The notes beneath the pieces were generated by a model. It saw only the letters and a list, made by a program, of their open reading frames with translations. It had not been told where the DNA came from and did no database searches. Positions 52,401 to 63,968 of a stretch of 64,000 nt of DNA are shown here, in pieces (positions within the stretch are counted from its first letter, which is position 1; each line of letters begins with the position of its first letter). The DNA is from Octopus bimaculoides (taxonomy: Eukaryota): assembly GCF_001194135.2 (NCBI RefSeq), contig NC_068985.1:33388254-33452253 (forward strand). The letters run 5' to 3'. The translations under genes were made by a program, and so were the position numbers.

Positions 52401-52949
52401 AACTGACAAAGAGCCACTGTGTGTGTGTGCGTGTGTGTGTGTGCGTGTGCGTGTGCGTGTGTGTGTGTGTGTATTAATGTATGTATGTATACCTACGGTT
52501 TCTGCTGGTAAAGTTTGACCATGATTTAATTCATACATGTTCAGGCCTGGACAGAATTTTTAAAAAAAAGACTGGCAGTTGCTCATGCATGCAAATCATC
52601 CCCTACCAAGCTACCAAAGGTTATCCAAAGTAAAGGCAGCCAACTTGGGCTGATACAGTCTGACACCATTGTTTGACAAGTATTGCTGTTAGAACACTAA
52701 GAATCAGAACAGATACTGCTAGGCATCTTGTCTGACTTGTTACCAGTTTCACAAATCGACTGCACTAGATTGGCACTTTTTCTATTGCCACTGAAAAAAT
52801 GAAAAGCAATGTTGACTTCAGTGGCATTTGAACTCAGAGCACAAACAGAACAAATACTACAAGGTATCCTTTTCATCAACCTAACAACTCTACCAGTATA
52901 CTACCTTCTTTGAACCATCTCTATTACCATCCTTCACTTAGTCTTATCC

Positions 52950-53720
52950 TTATCTCATCACCTACCTCTACCTTTGTCCACTTCTGCTATGGCCAAACAC
53001 TCTCCCACCACTCATAATACTGTTCTTCCCAGTACACTTTACAGTGATCACATTCCACTGAGTTGCCATTTCTTCCCTTATCCACTGCATTGTCATTACT
53101 ATTCTGCTGTTTGCCTTCACTTTCTTCTGTAACTGCTATTTCCCCCAACTCATACATAGTCATCTCTACCCCTTATCCATCTTTCAACCCTACACAATTG
53201 TAAGAGATACTGCTTGCCTCTCTCCCACTCAGCCAGTCCCCACCTTTCCTCACTCCTCCATATACTCTTGCAGCCTTCATCCACCTACACTCCTGGTTCC
53301 TCTCAATCCACTCACCTTGTTCCTTGTACCTTGAGAAGACCACCCAGTCCCTTCATCCCCTATTTTATCCCTTTCCAGTTCCACCCAATCACTTTCCTCC
53401 TCTATTCTAAATGTGAGAAGCCATGTGGCTCCTCTACACCGAGAAACCTGCTCTGGTCTGGCCCCTTCTCTCATCCTTCAAATCCTCATCACCCATACCA
53501 TCACCTTGGGTTCATTGTTTCTATCTAACGGGCAACCTCACTAGTGCACAAGAAAAGTATCCAGTACATGCTGTAAAGTGGTTTGTGTTGGAGAGAATAT
53601 CTAGTTGCAGAAATCATGCTAAAGTAATCACTGGAGTACAATGCAGTCCTTGGGCCCATCAAATCATGTCAACCCATTCCGGTCATATCATCATGTTGAA
53701 CCATTAATCTCTACACATAT
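52950..53720 (-). mobile_element. Probable very old RTE-type RT fragment
   Basis: Weak EQ(V/G)F...RG-like segment and purine-rich minus strand only. Confidence 0.3.
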
Positions 53721-54930
53721 TTTTCTCTCTTCCTTTTTTTGTCATTCTTTCTCCAAGACGGAAAGTGTTACTGAAAAGGTCACAGATGCATGATGAAAGA
53801 TTTCTGGACTATAGACATGAGTTAAAATAAGAACAGTAATAAATGAGTGAAGAATGAATATATAGCGTGTGCTTATTTGTTAAAAAAAAAAAAAAAATGA
53901 CCATCCCAAAATACAAAAACATTTTCTCTCAGATCTTTCTGTCAAAGAACATAGGCCTGAAACACCAAAGACTTTTCCTTTCTTCTCGAGCATCAAACTA
54001 ATACACCTGTATGTTGTTCCCTCACCTGTCTTTGTGTTTTGTTTTCTGTAAATTTGAACTATATATATATCTATACATATAAATTTGACACGGGCGATTC
54101 TTTCTTGTCTTAGGATTCACGGTCAAACAGCTGGGTGGAATTGCGCAAAAAATTACACAGATGTGTAGAATGATCTGGTGGTGATGCTGGGCTTTGTATT
54201 TTTTCATAGCTCCCATGGTTACTGAAATAATCTACTATAATAATACTCTTGTGTTTATGAATGAGAAAGGAAGGGGTGATAGATGAATAAGGAAGGAAGG
54301 GGTGATATCATACTTGGTAGTGAGATGATGAAAATTGTGTGCTGAAAAAATAAATCAAACAATGTTTCAACTCTGTGTGAATATATGTGTGTGTATGTAA
54401 AAGGGATGGGGGTATGTGAATATATGTGTGTGCGTGCATGCGTGCAATGGAAGTGGGATGGTTCATTTTTGTTTGCTTAGTATTTGGGTTTATTTTTTGA
54501 TTTGGTTGAATCTTGGTTGGGTTTTTTTTTGTTGGTCAGTTATTTTTAGCGTTTTGACAGAAAAAAGTCATTCTAAAATTGTTTTTTAACGTAAGCATGC
54601 CCAAACAAGCCAAATGCTTACACATTGCAGGTATTACAGCCACATCATCCAAACCGACCAGGTGAAACTGGGCTTAGCTGCTAGTATATATATATATACC
54701 TTCGAAACGCGGAGTAGATGGAACAGGGACAACTGACGAAGGGATATACTCTTTATGTTGCATGTCTCGTTTCTCTGTTTGTTTTTTTCGTTGTTCCAAA
54801 AAAAGTTTGTTTTTTATGTTTTCGTTTCTCATTGTGTTTAACGTTTTTTTGATGTCCTGTACCCATATATGCATATATATGTAGGTATGTACATATATGT
54901 ATGGATATATGCATATATTTATATATTATT

Positions 54931-54985
<55 letters not shown>

Positions 54986-55209
54986 AATACATACGTATAT
55001 GCACATACACACACATTTATAAGCATATATATATCAATATATGCCTAAGTGAAAACAATATATACATAGCATAACTAACTATATATATCAAAATATATAA
55101 AAAATTAGAATGAAAAGGAATAAGAAATTATGCGATGAACTTTATTAACTTACAGCTGTAAGTTACTGAAGTCTATCACAATTTCTTATTCCTTTGTCAT
55201 TCTAATTTC

Positions 55210-55606
55210 TTATTACCTCCACCAAGGAAGGAGGTTCTGTTTTCATCGGCGTTGGTTTGTCTATCTGTCCGTCTGTGTGCAAAATAATCCAAAAAGTTGT
55301 GAATGGTATTTGATGAAACTTGCAGGAAAAGTTGGTAATGACACAAGGAACAGATGATTAAATTTTGGTAGTGATCCGAGAATTTTTATGGATTCTTGAA
55401 GTATTTTTCATTTGTTATATTTACTTTACATGAAGTATTACAATGTTACGTTCTTTATCTCCCTTGAAAACACGTTCATCGTTTCCACGTAACCTATGGT
55501 AGTGTTGCTGTTTCCAAAGTTTATTTTCATTTCTCTGTTAGTAATTTTACTTGTGTAAAATGAGCTGCTTGGCGGAGGTCTGCGCTCTCCAAGTGCTTTT
55601 CTAGTT
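55210..55606 (+). mobile_element. Helentron-associated non-autonomous element (HINE/DINE-1-like)
   Basis: Subterminal inverted repeats cctcc(a)cc and ggcggagg, internal (CTGT)-like microsatellite, 3' hairpin gcgctctccaagtgc, ends in T-rich sites (ttattacc...ctagtt). Confidence 0.7.
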
Positions 55607-55909
55607 ACTGCTTTGTACTTGACTGACACTTCGTTCTGAAGCATATGCATTAGTATCACTATGTATAAAGCGATATATACAGTATATAAAGGAATACCAG
55701 ATAAGCTACCCATACCTGGATACAACTCACTCAACAAGAACTCACTACATGAATGGACCATAATACCACAAAACTTGACTTATAAAGGATTTAGATAATC
55801 CTATCAGGTAGTGCTATTAAGTTAGACATGGCCTGGACCAATCTTTGGTCAAACCATATCTAAGTTTTATATATAGTACATACATACATACATATATATA
55901 TACATATAC

Positions 55910-55986
<77 letters not shown>

Positions 55987-57264
55987 NNNNNNNNNNNNNN
56001 NNNNNNNNNNNNNNNNNNNNNNNNNNNNNNNNNNNNNNNNNNNNNNNNNNNNNNNNNNNNNNNNNNNNNNNNNNNNNNNNNNNNNNNNNNNNNNNNNNNN
56101 NNNNNNNNNNNNNNNNNNNNNNNNNNNNNNNNNNNNNNNNNNNNNNNNNNNNNNNNNNNNNNNNNNNNNNNNNNNNNNNNNNNNNNNNNNNNNNNNNNNN
56201 NNNNNNNNNNNNNNNNNNNNNNNNNNNNNNNNNNNNNNNNNNNNNNNNNNNNNNNNNNNNNNNNNNNNNNNNNNNNNNNNNNNNNNNNNNNNNNNNNNNN
56301 NNNNNNNNNNNNNNNNNNNNNNNNNNNNNNNNNNNNNNNNNNNNNNNNNNNNNNNNNNNNNNNNNNNNNNNNNNNNNNNNNNNNNNNNNNNNNNNNNNNN
56401 NNNNNNNNNNNNNNNNNNNNNNNNNNNNNNNNNNNNNNNNNNNNNNNNNNNNNNNNNNNNNNNNNNNNNNNNNNNNNNNNNNNNNNNNNNNNNNNNNNNN
56501 NNNNNNNNNNNNNNNNNNNNNNNNNNNNNNNNNNNNNNNNNNNNNNNNNNNNNNNNNNNNNNNNNNNNNNNNNNNNNNNNNNNNNNNNNNNNNNNNNNNN
56601 NNNNNNNNNNNNNNNNNNNNNNNNNNNNNNNNNNNNNNNNNNNNNNNNNNNNNNNNNNNNNNNNNNNNNNNNNNNNNNNNNNNNNNNNNNNNNNNNNNNN
56701 NNNNNNNNNNNNNNNNNNNNNNNNNNNNNNNNNNNNNNNNNNNNNNNNNNNNNNNNNNNNNNNNNNNNNNNNNNNNNNNNNNNNNNNNNNNNNNNNNNNN
56801 NNNNNNNNNNNNNNNNNNNNNNNNNNNNNNNNNNNNNNNNNNNNNNNNNNNNNNNNNNNNNNNNNNNNNNNNNNNNNNNNNNNNNNNNNNNNNNNNNNNN
56901 NNNNNNNNNNNNNNNNNNNNNNNNNNNNNNNNNNNNNNNNNNNNNNNNNNNNNNNNNNNNNNNNNNNNNNNNATATATATATATATGTATATGTTTGTGT
57001 GTCTGTGTTTGTCCCCACACCATCACTTGACAACCGATGTTGGTGTGTTTACATCCCTGTAACTTAGCGGTTCAGCAAAAGAGACCGATAGAATAAGTCC
57101 TAGGGTCGAATTGTTTGACTAAAGGCAGTGCTCCAGCATGGTTGCAGTCAAATGACTGAAAGAAGTAAAAGGATAAAAGAATATTTATATATATGAGACA
57201 AAATGAGATAACAAAGCCATGGCTGTGAGGAGTTTTCAGGACTGGTCATGGGTCAACAGGTTCT

Positions 57265-57326
57265 TGGGATCTGACGATATGCCATGAAGCCAAACCCTTT
57301 ATGGACGGAAACCTAAGGTAATCCCA
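57265..57326 (+). ncRNA. Type I hammerhead ribozyme, intact core
   Basis: TGGGAT-CTGACGA-(tatg)CCATGAAG ccaaacc CTTTATGG(acg)-GAAA-CCTAAGG-TA|ATCCCA. 6-bp proximal stem I extendable to about 57251-57336, 8-bp stem II, GUA triplet, cleavage after 57320. Confidence 0.8.
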
Positions 57327-57364
57327 TAAACCGGCCTTCCCCATTTTAACACACACACAGCACC

Positions 57365-57705
57365 GACGTGGCTTGTTTCCCAACCACATAGTTCCGGGTT
57401 CAGTCCCACTGTGTGGAACCGTGGGCAAGTGTCTTTTATTAGAGTTTTGGGCCGATCAAATCCTAGTGAGTGAATTTGGTGAAAGCCCGTCGAGTATATG
57501 TGTGTACCCGTGTTTGTCCTCCACCACCGCTTGCCAACCGGTGTTGGTGTGTTTACGTCCCCGAAATCTTACGGTTCGGCAAAAGAAACCGAAAGAATAC
57601 GTACCAGATTTAAAAAAAATAAGTAGTGGGGTCAATCATTCGACTGAAAATATTTCAAGGCGGTGCCCCAGCATAGCCGCAATCTAATGATTGAAACAAG
57701 TAAAA
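57365..57705 (+). mobile_element. CORE-like tRNA SINE retaining CpGs
   Basis: ttcccaaccacatagttccgggttcagtccc...gggcaagtgtctt...cggttcggcaaaagaaaccgaaag...caaggcggtgccccagcat. Confidence 0.75.
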
Positions 57706-57980
57706 GATATATATAAAGAGAAAGAGAGATACACGCATATATAATTCTTTACATGTTATATTTAGTTAAAAAGATATTCAAAACGCATTTATATCAGAAA
57801 TATATCCATTAAACGACTGTGATCCTGTTTCGATCCTCCCTTGTAGCAATATAATTTACGGGGATAACACAGGAGAGAAAGGCATGAATGTCACAGAATG
57901 TCGTAATCTCTTCCATTCGAAAAATTGTCTGACTAGGAAATCAATACACATATTCTTGAATGTAGAAAAGGATGAATTAA

Positions 57981-58044
<64 letters not shown>

Positions 58045-58352
58045 GTATGTATAATGACATCCACGCATACTCACACACAGATACAAACACCAATTCTACG
58101 TTTAGTGAGTGAGAGAGCGAACCAGGAACTCGTCTTGATAGATACGCGCATTAGCTGTCACTCCCTTGCTTTCAATTAATTTATCAGTCTATCTCTGCCT
58201 GCGCCTCACCCTCAATCTATCCATCTTAGTCTTTCATTTCCGCCCCTCCCTCTCTCTCTCTTTAGCTGATCTTTAGTTCAGACATCTGCCCTGTCATATT
58301 CTCTCATAATTCTTCTTCAACAAACTCTAAAACCCAAACACAGGAGGACTAA

Positions 58353-58402
58353 ATGGCTACCGTGGATACTGCTGATGACTCACAGAAAAGACAAGGAACC
58401 AG
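58353..58402 (+). CDS. Candidate first coding exon (MATVDTADDSQKRQGT-), product unknown
   Basis: aaATGG start context, 50 nt open, donor CAG|GTAAAT, preceded by a pyrimidine-rich leader with a GC box. Confidence 0.3.
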
Positions 58403-59631
58403 GTAAATCTATGTTCTTGCGATATTATTTTCTCATCAAAAGCCACACCATTAACCGATTTATCCTATCTATTCCTATCCAAGATAGTCAACTTTCTTAC
58501 CAACTACTCTCTTATCTTTGCTCTCAGTCATTCTACGAAAATTAATAAATGTAAAAGCAATTGTTACATATTTTCTACCTTTCCCTCCTCTCGATTTTAA
58601 TAAACATACTCATACATACATATTATATATATATTTGAATATGTGTGTTTGTATGTGTGTGTCATACTGTCACTGTTTCTATACGAATACATATTGTTTC
58701 TTTAACATCATCTCTAATCAAGATCATCATCATTATCACCACCATAATTTGTTTTTAAATCCAAAACAAGAACGTCGTTTTGTATGGGTTATGCAGTGAA
58801 ATGTAATTTCCTATTTTTCACGGAGAAACTTTATGCTCTGGTGACTGAGTTTTTCAGCATCGGTCACGGTGTAGCTTATAGTCGATGACTGATACGCTAA
58901 ATTGACTATTGTATGCGTATGTTTGTGTGTGTAGACGTGTCTGAGTATATTTGCCGTAACGTTAATTGATAGACGTCGGCTACTATATGGTTACAAACTG
59001 GGGGAACAAATTATGATATACTATGTGTTACAAACTGGTCCTCCAATTTGTAATACATTGAAGATAATCTGCTTATTTTTCTGTCCCCTTTCATTTCTTC
59101 TCAAGTCATGTTTGTTTCCTTTTTATACAATCTTACACCAGAAATCCTATAAAATTAGCCTGTCTAATGTGTGAACACACACACACACACACAATGCGAC
59201 GCGCTCATATGTATCATAGTTCTATTAAGATTTTTAGTAAATCATTTCTCGTAATTGTGTAATAGAACCCGGAAAGACGAAGTCAATTCGCCGAAGGAAA
59301 GCTGCCGGCGAGCATCATCCACGATTCCGGTTCAATCCCTCGTTGGAGTCATATCACTATATCCTAGTCATTACATTCCACCCACTCCCTCTAAAGAACA
59401 TTCGCTTCATACCAATGCAAGAAAGAGATATTAATTCCGACGGTAAATCATTAATATGAACGATAGCGAATAAGTTCGTGCACTAACTGGATATGTTGAT
59501 TTCCCGTTAAATTAAATTGCTAAACTAATAATGTCTAGGTGTATTTTGTGTATGTTCAAGAATCGAACGTGTAGCTAGATAAAGGTCTAACAACCTCTGC
59601 ATGGCTTCATTGCTCAACTGTGTCGACTTAC

Positions 59632-59719
59632 CTTTGAACCCCACCTTTTTCGACCTATTACCCGAGAATTGATCTGTTGCTATGGATGTATAGGAGCTCG
59701 TTGAAGCTGGGCTATGCAT
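59632..59719 (-). CDS. Candidate first coding exon (MHSPASTSSYTSIATDQFSGNRSKKVGFK-G), product unknown
   Basis: ATG at 59719, 88 nt open, perfect donor AAG|GTAAGT (phase 1). A second strong donor CGG|GTGAGT lies 30 nt upstream of the ATG (intron start 59749). Confidence 0.45.
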
Positions 59720-60037
59720 TACTATCTTCGAGACGAATCCTTGACTCACCCGGATCTCTTTCTCTCTTTCTCTTCCTTTCCCGCCCTCTCTTTTAGGGAT
59801 GTATATGTGTGTCAGTGTATCTACATTTATGTATATATCTATGAATTTATGTTTTCTTGTCAAAATCGGTATAAATGTTTGTATATCTATGTGTATATTT
59901 GTATATGTATATCTGTGTATGTATCTATGTGTGTGTATACATATTTGTATACACATATACATCTATGTATATATATCTTTGGATATGTGTACTTATATGT
60001 ATACATACATAGACGTGTGTGTGTGTGTGTGTGTATG

Positions 60038-60097
<60 letters not shown>

Positions 60098-60129
60098 CAT
60101 ATATATTAAAACTGGGGAAGGCCGGTTTA

Positions 60130-60192
60130 TGGGATTACCTTAGGTTTCCCGTCCATAAAGGGTTTAGCTTTATGGCGTATCGTCAGATCCCA
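60130..60192 (-). ncRNA. Type I hammerhead ribozyme, intact core; same family as 57265
   Basis: Minus strand TGGGAT-CTGACGA-TACG CCATAAAG ctaaacc CTTTATGG ACGG-GAAA-CCTAAGG-TA|ATCCCA. Stem I extends over 60120-60206. Confidence 0.82.
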
Positions 60193-60552
60193 AAAACCTG
60201 TTGGCCCACGACATCTTAAAAATATAGAGGGAGAAGATAAACAAGTAAAAGATAAAAGACACTATTGTTTATCATCATCGTCATTTAATGCCTGTTTCAT
60301 ACTGGAATGGGTTGGATGGTTTGACAGGATCTGATGGGTCCAAGGACTATTTTATGCTCCAGTGTTTTCTTTGGCATGGTACCTACAGCTGAATGCCCTT
60401 CCCAATGCCAACTGATTTAGAGTGTGTCCTGGGTATTTTATTCATGCCACCAGCACTTGTAAAGTCACCATGTAACTTCATAGTTGGAGAGGAGGAGTAG
60501 AGTGGGATAAAGTGTGAGAGAACAGAGCAGGAGCAGAACAGTAAAAAAACAG

Positions 60553-60780
60553 TTACCTTCTCGAGTCATACTGACTCACAAGGGCTGGTATCTGTAGTGT
60601 ATAAATTCCCTACATGGATAGGACACTGGTCTGTCACAGGATTACTCATTTTTGCCAGCTGAGTGGACTGGACCAATTTGAAATGAAGTGTTTTGCTCAA
60701 GAGCACAATGTGTTGCCTGGTCCAGGAATCAAAACCATGATCTTGTGATTGTGAGTCCAACAGCTTAACCAGTAAGTCAC
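60553..60780 (-). mobile_element. tRNA-derived SINE (head B, tail Y-like), decayed
   Basis: Minus strand gtgacttactggttaag...ctcttgagcaaaacact...cagtccactcagctggcaaaaatgagt-cctgtgacagaccagtgtcctatcca. Confidence 0.65.
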
Positions 60781-60834
60781 CCCCCCCCCACAGAGCAGGA
60801 CAGCTTTCTTGCTGTAGGGGAGCTTCCTGATTAA

Positions 60835-61545
60835 TCACCTTTTAGAGTCCAAGAGATTGCTAGCAGCTGGAAAGCGATAAAACAATAGTCTTGATGAGGT
60901 GTTAGGGTCACTTATGCGTACATTTCCTTCATTGGACACTAAACTCTGCTTGCGAAGACCTGTTGAAGCAAGGGAAATCGAAATCGAACTAAATTCGACG
61001 ACTGGCACCCATGCCAACGTCGTCTCCTTCATTGGACACTAAACTTGGCTTGCGAAGACCTGTTGGGGCAAGTGAAAATGAAATCGTGATGGCACCTGTA
61101 CCAGTGGAGCGCTAAGAGCACCATCCAAGCATGATCATTGCCAGAGCAGCTGTCTGGCTTCCGTGCCAGTGGCATGTAAATAGCACCATTTGAGTGTGAT
61201 CGTTACCAGCGTCACCTTACTGGCACTTGTGCTGGTGGCACTTGAAAAACCATTCGAGCAAGGTCATTACAAGTGCCGCTGGACTGGCTCCTGTACAGCT
61301 GGCACGTAAAAAACACCATTTTGGGCGTAGCCGTTGCCAGTATCGCCTGACTGGCCCTCGTGCCGCTGGCACGTAAAAGCACCCACTACAATCTTGGAGT
61401 GGTTGGTGTTAGGAAGGGCATCCAGCTGTAGAAACTCTGCCAGATCAGATTGGAGCCTGGTGCAGCCATCTGGTTCGCCAGGCCTCAGTCAAATCGTCCA
61501 ACCCATGCCAGCATGGAAAGCGAACATTAAACGATGATGATGATA
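60835..61545 (+). mobile_element. Solo RTE 3' tail with tandem repeats
   Basis: Duplicated ccttcattggacactaaact..gcttgcgaagacctgttg block, 66-bp-type repeats, terminal gttaggaagggcatccagc...ttaaacgatgatgatgat. Confidence 0.85.
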
Positions 61546-61584
61546 TACACATATCAATATATGTATATATACACAAAGGTAACG

Positions 61585-63618
61585 ATGATGCTTTAGATAC
61601 AAATAATTACAGAGGTGTCAAGTTGTTGGATCAAGTAATGAAGGTCACAGAGAGGGTCATAGCCCAACTAATCAGGGAGAGAGTCAGTTTAGATGAGATG
61701 CAGTTTGGGTTCGTGCCAGGGAAAAGTATCCCTGATGCTATATTTCTGGTAAGACAGCTGCAGGAGAAATACCTAGCCAAGGATAAACCCCTGTACCTGG
61801 CTTTCGTTGACATGGAGAAAGCCTTTGACAGGGTCCCCTGATCCCTATCTGGTGGTCAATAAGGAAACTAGGGATAGATGAATGGTTAGTGAGAGCTGTG
61901 CAAGCCATGTATAGGGACACTGTCAGTAAGGTGATGTTTGTCAAAGAGTACAGTGAAGAATTCCGGGTAGAGGTAGGAGTCCACAAAGGTTCAGTCCTCT
62001 TCCCCCTCCTATTTATCATAGTCCTCCAGTTAATAACAGAAGAATTCAAGACAGGATGCTCCTGGGAGCTCCTCTATGCTGATGACCTTGCTCTAATTGT
62101 TGAGTCACTATCAGAACTAGAGAAGTTTCAGGTGTGGAATCAAGGATTACAATCAAAGGTCCTTACAGTCAACTTGGCCAAAACCAAAGTCCTAATAAGT
62201 AGGATGGCAGACAAACCACAAATCCCTTCAGGTAGATGGCCCTGCTTGATCTCTAGAAAAAGCATAGGTAGAAACTCTATAAGATGTACCCAGTGTAAGC
62301 TATAGACACATGGGAGATGCAGCAATATCAAAGGAAGGCTAAATGGGAAGATAGTTTTTGTATGTGGCAGATGCTCAGGAGCAATAAACACTGAAAATGT
62401 GCAGAGAACAACTTCTGCCACATTCCAGGGAGAAAAACTAGAAGTAGTTGATAGCTTCCGTTACATAGGTGACCAAGTCAGTAATGGGAGTGGGTTCTCT
62501 GAAAGTCTAGCTGCTAGAGTAAGTATAGCCTAGGCAAAGTTCAGAGAGCTCTTACCTCTGCTGGTGACAAAGGGCCTCTTGCTCAGAGTAAAAGATAGAA
62601 AGTATGATGCATGTGTACGAACAGCCATGCTACATAGCAGTGAAACATGGGCCATGACTGCTGAGAACATGCGTAAGCTTGCAAAGAATGAAGCCAGTAT
62701 GCTCCGCTGGATGCCAGTGTGCATACTCGACAGAGTGTAAGTGCCTTGAGAGAGATGTTGGACCTAAGAAGCATCAGATGTGGTGTGCAAGAGAGATGAC
62801 TGCGCTGGTACGATCATGTGGTGAGAATGGATGAGGATAGCTGTGTGAAAAAGTGTCACACCCTAGCAGTTGAGGGAAACTGTGGAAGAGGTAGACCCAG
62901 AAAGACCTGGGATGAGGTGGTGAAGTTCAACCTTTGAACATTAGGCCTCACAGAGGCAATGACTAGTGACCGAGATCTTTGGAAATATGCTGTGCTTGAG
63001 AAGACCTGGCAAGCCGAGTGAGACCATAACCTCTGCCATGGGTGTATCCAGCCCACTTATGCATACCTTTCCTTCATTGGACACTAAACTCTGCTTGTGA
63101 AGATCTGTTGAGGCAATTGAAATTGAAATCAAATTCAATGACAGCACTGCATGACTGGCATCCGTGCTAGTGGATCACTAAGAGCACCATCCGAGCATGA
63201 TTGTTGCCAGGGCCGCTGACTGGCTCCTGTGCCAGTGGCACATAAAATGCACCATTCGAGCGTGATCAATACCAGTGTTGCATTACTAGCACTTGTGCCA
63301 GTGGCATGTGAAAAACAACATTTGAGTGAGGTCGTTGCCAGTGCTGCTGGACTGGCTCCTGTGCAGGTGGCATGTAAAAACACCATTTCAGTGTGGCTGT
63401 TGCCAGTACTGCCTGAATGGCCCTCGTGCCAGTGGCACGTGAAAGCACCCACTATACTCTCAGAGTGGTTGGCATGAGGAAGGGCATCCAGCTGTAGAAA
63501 CTCTGCCAGTTGAGAGTGGAGCCTGGTGCAGCCATCTGGCTTGCCAGTCCTCAGTCAAACCATCCAACCCATGCCAGCATGGAAAGCAGACGGTAAATGA
63601 TGATGATGATGATGATGA

Positions 63619-63620
<2 letters not shown>
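61585..63620 (+). mobile_element. 5'-truncated RTE LINE (RT with PHD finger) plus repeat tail
   Basis: NYRGVKLLDQVMKV.ER; QFGFVPGKS..DAIF; DMEKAFDRVP; GVHKGSVL.PLLF; YADDL; PC.I..K.IGRNSIRCTQCK; GRGRPRKTWDEVV. Confidence 0.93.
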
Positions 63621-63659
<39 letters not shown>

Positions 63660-63693
63660 TATATATATCAATGTGTGTATATATATTTATATA

Positions 63694-63750
63694 CGATTAT
63701 CGTACGCTGAAGAAGGGAAATAACCCTGAAACTCGGGTCCGTACGTATCG
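63694..63750 (+). ncRNA. Type I hammerhead ribozyme, fully canonical
   Basis: CGAT-tat-CGTACG-CTGAAGA-AGGG aaataa CCCT-GAAA-CTCGGG-TC|CGTACG-t-ATCG. Stem I is 6 bp plus internal loop plus 4 bp, stem II is 4 bp, stem III ACUCGGGU is self-complementary, GUC triplet, cleavage after 63739. Confidence 0.85.
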
Positions 63751-63920
63751 CAGATCAAGATGGGAAGGATAACTTCCCTTGGCAAAAATAGACAGGACAC
63801 AGATATGTGTCGATAAGCCAGCTGGAGGAGATGTTCTCCTGGGGCTAAAAGCAACAGTAACATCCACCCTTAGGGGTCAGCCACATTTAAATGGCAAATA
63901 TACTTCACTATATATATATG

Positions 63921-63968
<48 letters not shown>

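Larger units (their letters stand above)
57350..60210. promoter_or_regulatory. CpG-retaining segment, probable unmethylated promoter region
   Basis: CG dinucleotides are visibly frequent in non-repeat DNA here and scarce in most of the window. GC-box-like ccgccc near 58220 and 59781. CT/GA-rich tracts. Candidate ATG exons with splice donors. Confidence 0.55.

Noticed and set aside
9409-57062. Long ORFs of 120-405 aa in the supplied track
   Set aside because: They run through N gaps (X residues) or through TA, TG and TACA microsatellites. They are not genes.
58372-58390. CTGATGA-ctcaca-GAAA inside the plus candidate exon
   Set aside because: No stem II or stem I pairing; a chance match.
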